A DNA stretch of 62,378 nucleotides, filler included, from Ionaspis alba (lineage: Eukaryota), in assembly GCA_964255285.1 (NCBI GenBank). It is 22 parts of 22 records of this genome, joined end to end, with 100 filler letters (N's around TTAATTAATTAA, not from the genome) between each part and the next. Parts side by side here need not be neighbours in the genome. Positions count along the whole stretch, not along the records: positions 59,925 to 62,378 come from CAXUUL010001270.1; 21 more parts are not named here. One strand, given 5' to 3'. Of this stretch, positions 60,480 through 62,378 are shown in pieces. The notes under the pieces are model-generated. The model worked only from the letters and a program-made list of their open reading frames with translations, had not been told where the DNA came from and made no database searches. Within the stretch, counting starts at the first letter, position 1, and each line of letters begins with the position of its first letter. Both the position numbers and the translations under genes were made by a program.

Positions 60480-62378
60480 GTTGTATTGGGAAGCGAGATG
60501 ATAGTCGGAATTATGTAATCAGCCAAGCATTCGTTCAATTATATGGAACAGACTACTTTGCTCGAAGATGAGAGGAGAATTGTGCTGGAGAAAAGAGAGG
60601 GATGCTTGGGAATTATTTAAATCAGCCAGAAAGGATTGAGTTGGACAGTGCTTCAAGGCACCGCATAATGGATAATAACAGTAAGGCAAAGCCTGTAAGT
60701 AAATTTATCTGATCGAGCTAACCTCCTTTCAGGTCTAGCTTTGTCATCCTTTGCGTTCTTTTGTGTCATTATCCTCCCGCATGATCAGATTGTGTTCTGA
60801 CCTAAGATTTTTCAGCCAGTAATCCTTCCGCGACCCTGGCCTCTTGCACCCTCGATGCGCGGGTCCAGGACTGTAAGCTGCAGGATCTTGGGCAACAAAG
60901 GGATTGCCAGCACCGATAGGCTGATTGAGTTGCTCTCGGACAATATCCGTCGTGGTGGGCTCGAGTGAGTGACACACGCACGAGGTGTCATACTAGCTGC
61001 TAGCCTTTCCAAGTAGGAGTGTCCAAAGTTCCAAGTACGTGTGCGAGTTGTCAAGCTCAAGGCTAACCAGCGGAAGTGGGATATGTACCGGAGGCATGGC
61101 TCTCCGGAGGATCCCACCCACGGCTGATCTTGCTTCTTTACGAATTTAATAGATTATCCGTTGAAAATTTTGGCGCGAGTAAGGTCTCTATCAGTATAGG
61201 AGGCTAACTCAAACTTCCTCCTGCATACAGCATTCCTTAGGTATCAAATACGGAGAACTAGCAGAGTAAACACTAGAAACTCGTTTTGCGCGCAAGCATC
61301 GCAAAACGTGGTCGGAGTAGACTGGAATTTCGTTCTGCTTCCATGGGTAGTGTACTCAACTGTGACGCCATTCATGTCATATAGGTATACAATAGGGTCC
61401 AGTTTCAACTGTGGCCCCCTTCTTCGCCCCATCTTGCCCTATATTGCCTTTAGGAGCTACGATGTGTACGGATTAGCTTGTTTCGACTTCAGCTGAAAAA
61501 GAATAATATGGAAGGAAGTGATTTGACCTGATTGGTCGAAGATTGGTTGCTAACGGATGATGGTGATTTATAAGTGAGAAAGCGGTATGCTGGTTTTCAT
61601 CTGACAGCCGTAGATTAACCGTGGAAAGAAGGCGACGCAACCACGCTGTTTTACCTGTCTAGGGCTTCGGGGCTTTGGCCGAGGGCAGCATGATCTCCGC
61701 GTTTGGCCGGGGAAGTCGACATGTACGAGTCGTTTTCCGGCACAACCATGCAGGGGTAGGACTCGATCAGTCGAAAGCCTGAGATAGCGGTCCGTTTTGT
61801 TGTTTGATCCGACTATCATGATACTGCACTTTTGGAAGAGATTGTGGAAGACGTCTGCTGTTGCTCAAATTTCCTGAATCACGTTTACCATGCCTCAGTC
61901 TTGTTTGCTAGAACCCCTGTAGTACGACGCCTAACAGTGAGAGTTAGGACTTTAGCCTAAAAGCACGGCACATCAACACCGTATCGTTTTAGACCATGAT
62001 ATGGCAAATCCCGATCCTTGGCAGGTCGGCTACGGGTCCGGGGTTCTTCTGGTCGTGCTGAGCTCAAGCGATGAGCTATACGCTTTTGGGATTAATGGAT
62101 TTGGCACGTGCACCCGCGATCTCTCGGTCGCGTTTGGAACAAAGGTTAGCATTGATCTAGTCTCCACAATACCTTCTCCTCCATTGAATTACAGTATGTG
62201 TCGGCAGCAATACCCTAGCACCAATCATGGAGACCCAAGACGACAGCTTGGACATCTCGCAATTGAGGGCGATGGCCCTGGGCTTGGATGTCGAGGTATG
62301 GAATCCTGGTCCTAGTCGTCACGGTTATGCACATCAGTTGACGCCATCTTCCCTGTAGTTCGACGCGTCCATCCCAGC

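Noticed and set aside
1..62378. A multi-gene cluster or system (e.g. P450 + 2OG oxygenase + SDR + ABM + lactonase as a biosynthetic cluster, or peroxin + catalase)
   Set aside because: These genes sit on different contigs ordered only by length, so co-occurrence is artificial.

Overview
This is not a continuous locus. It is a concatenation of 22 short contigs from a filamentous ascomycete (Pezizomycotina; GT-AG introns with CTRAY branch sites). The contigs are ordered by decreasing length (about 2.95 to 2.45 kb) and joined by 21 identical artificial 100-nt linkers (N44-TTAATTAATTAA-N44), so gene adjacency across linkers has no biological meaning. Most contigs carry one or two, often truncated, genes: a Pex28/29-like peroxin, a DSBA oxidoreductase, an ABM-like protein, Tcp11/SOK1-like, F-box/LRR, a DUF3883/NOV-type nuclease-domain protein, PNS1, a StcS/VerA-like P450, RlmA/Rlm1, a SHLD2-like OB-fold protein, Apd1, an HMG-box TF, PRP39, GAD1, an SMP-30 lactonase, ER FKBP, Irc21-like cytochrome b5, TAF7, BET5, TIF6, eIF3k, folliculin/Lst7, peroxisomal catalase and an LCAT-like hydrolase, plus two disrupted oxidoreductases. 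The most notable signals the ORF track misses are: (1) a double-guide box C/D snoRNA in the eIF3k intron; (2) a PRP39 intron with nested splice sites that define two stop-generating 'poison' cassette exons; (3) a recurrent, strand-symmetric C/A-rich to G/T-rich skew switch inside many genes, coinciding with contig breaks. All family calls come from recognising motifs by eye, not from database searches.
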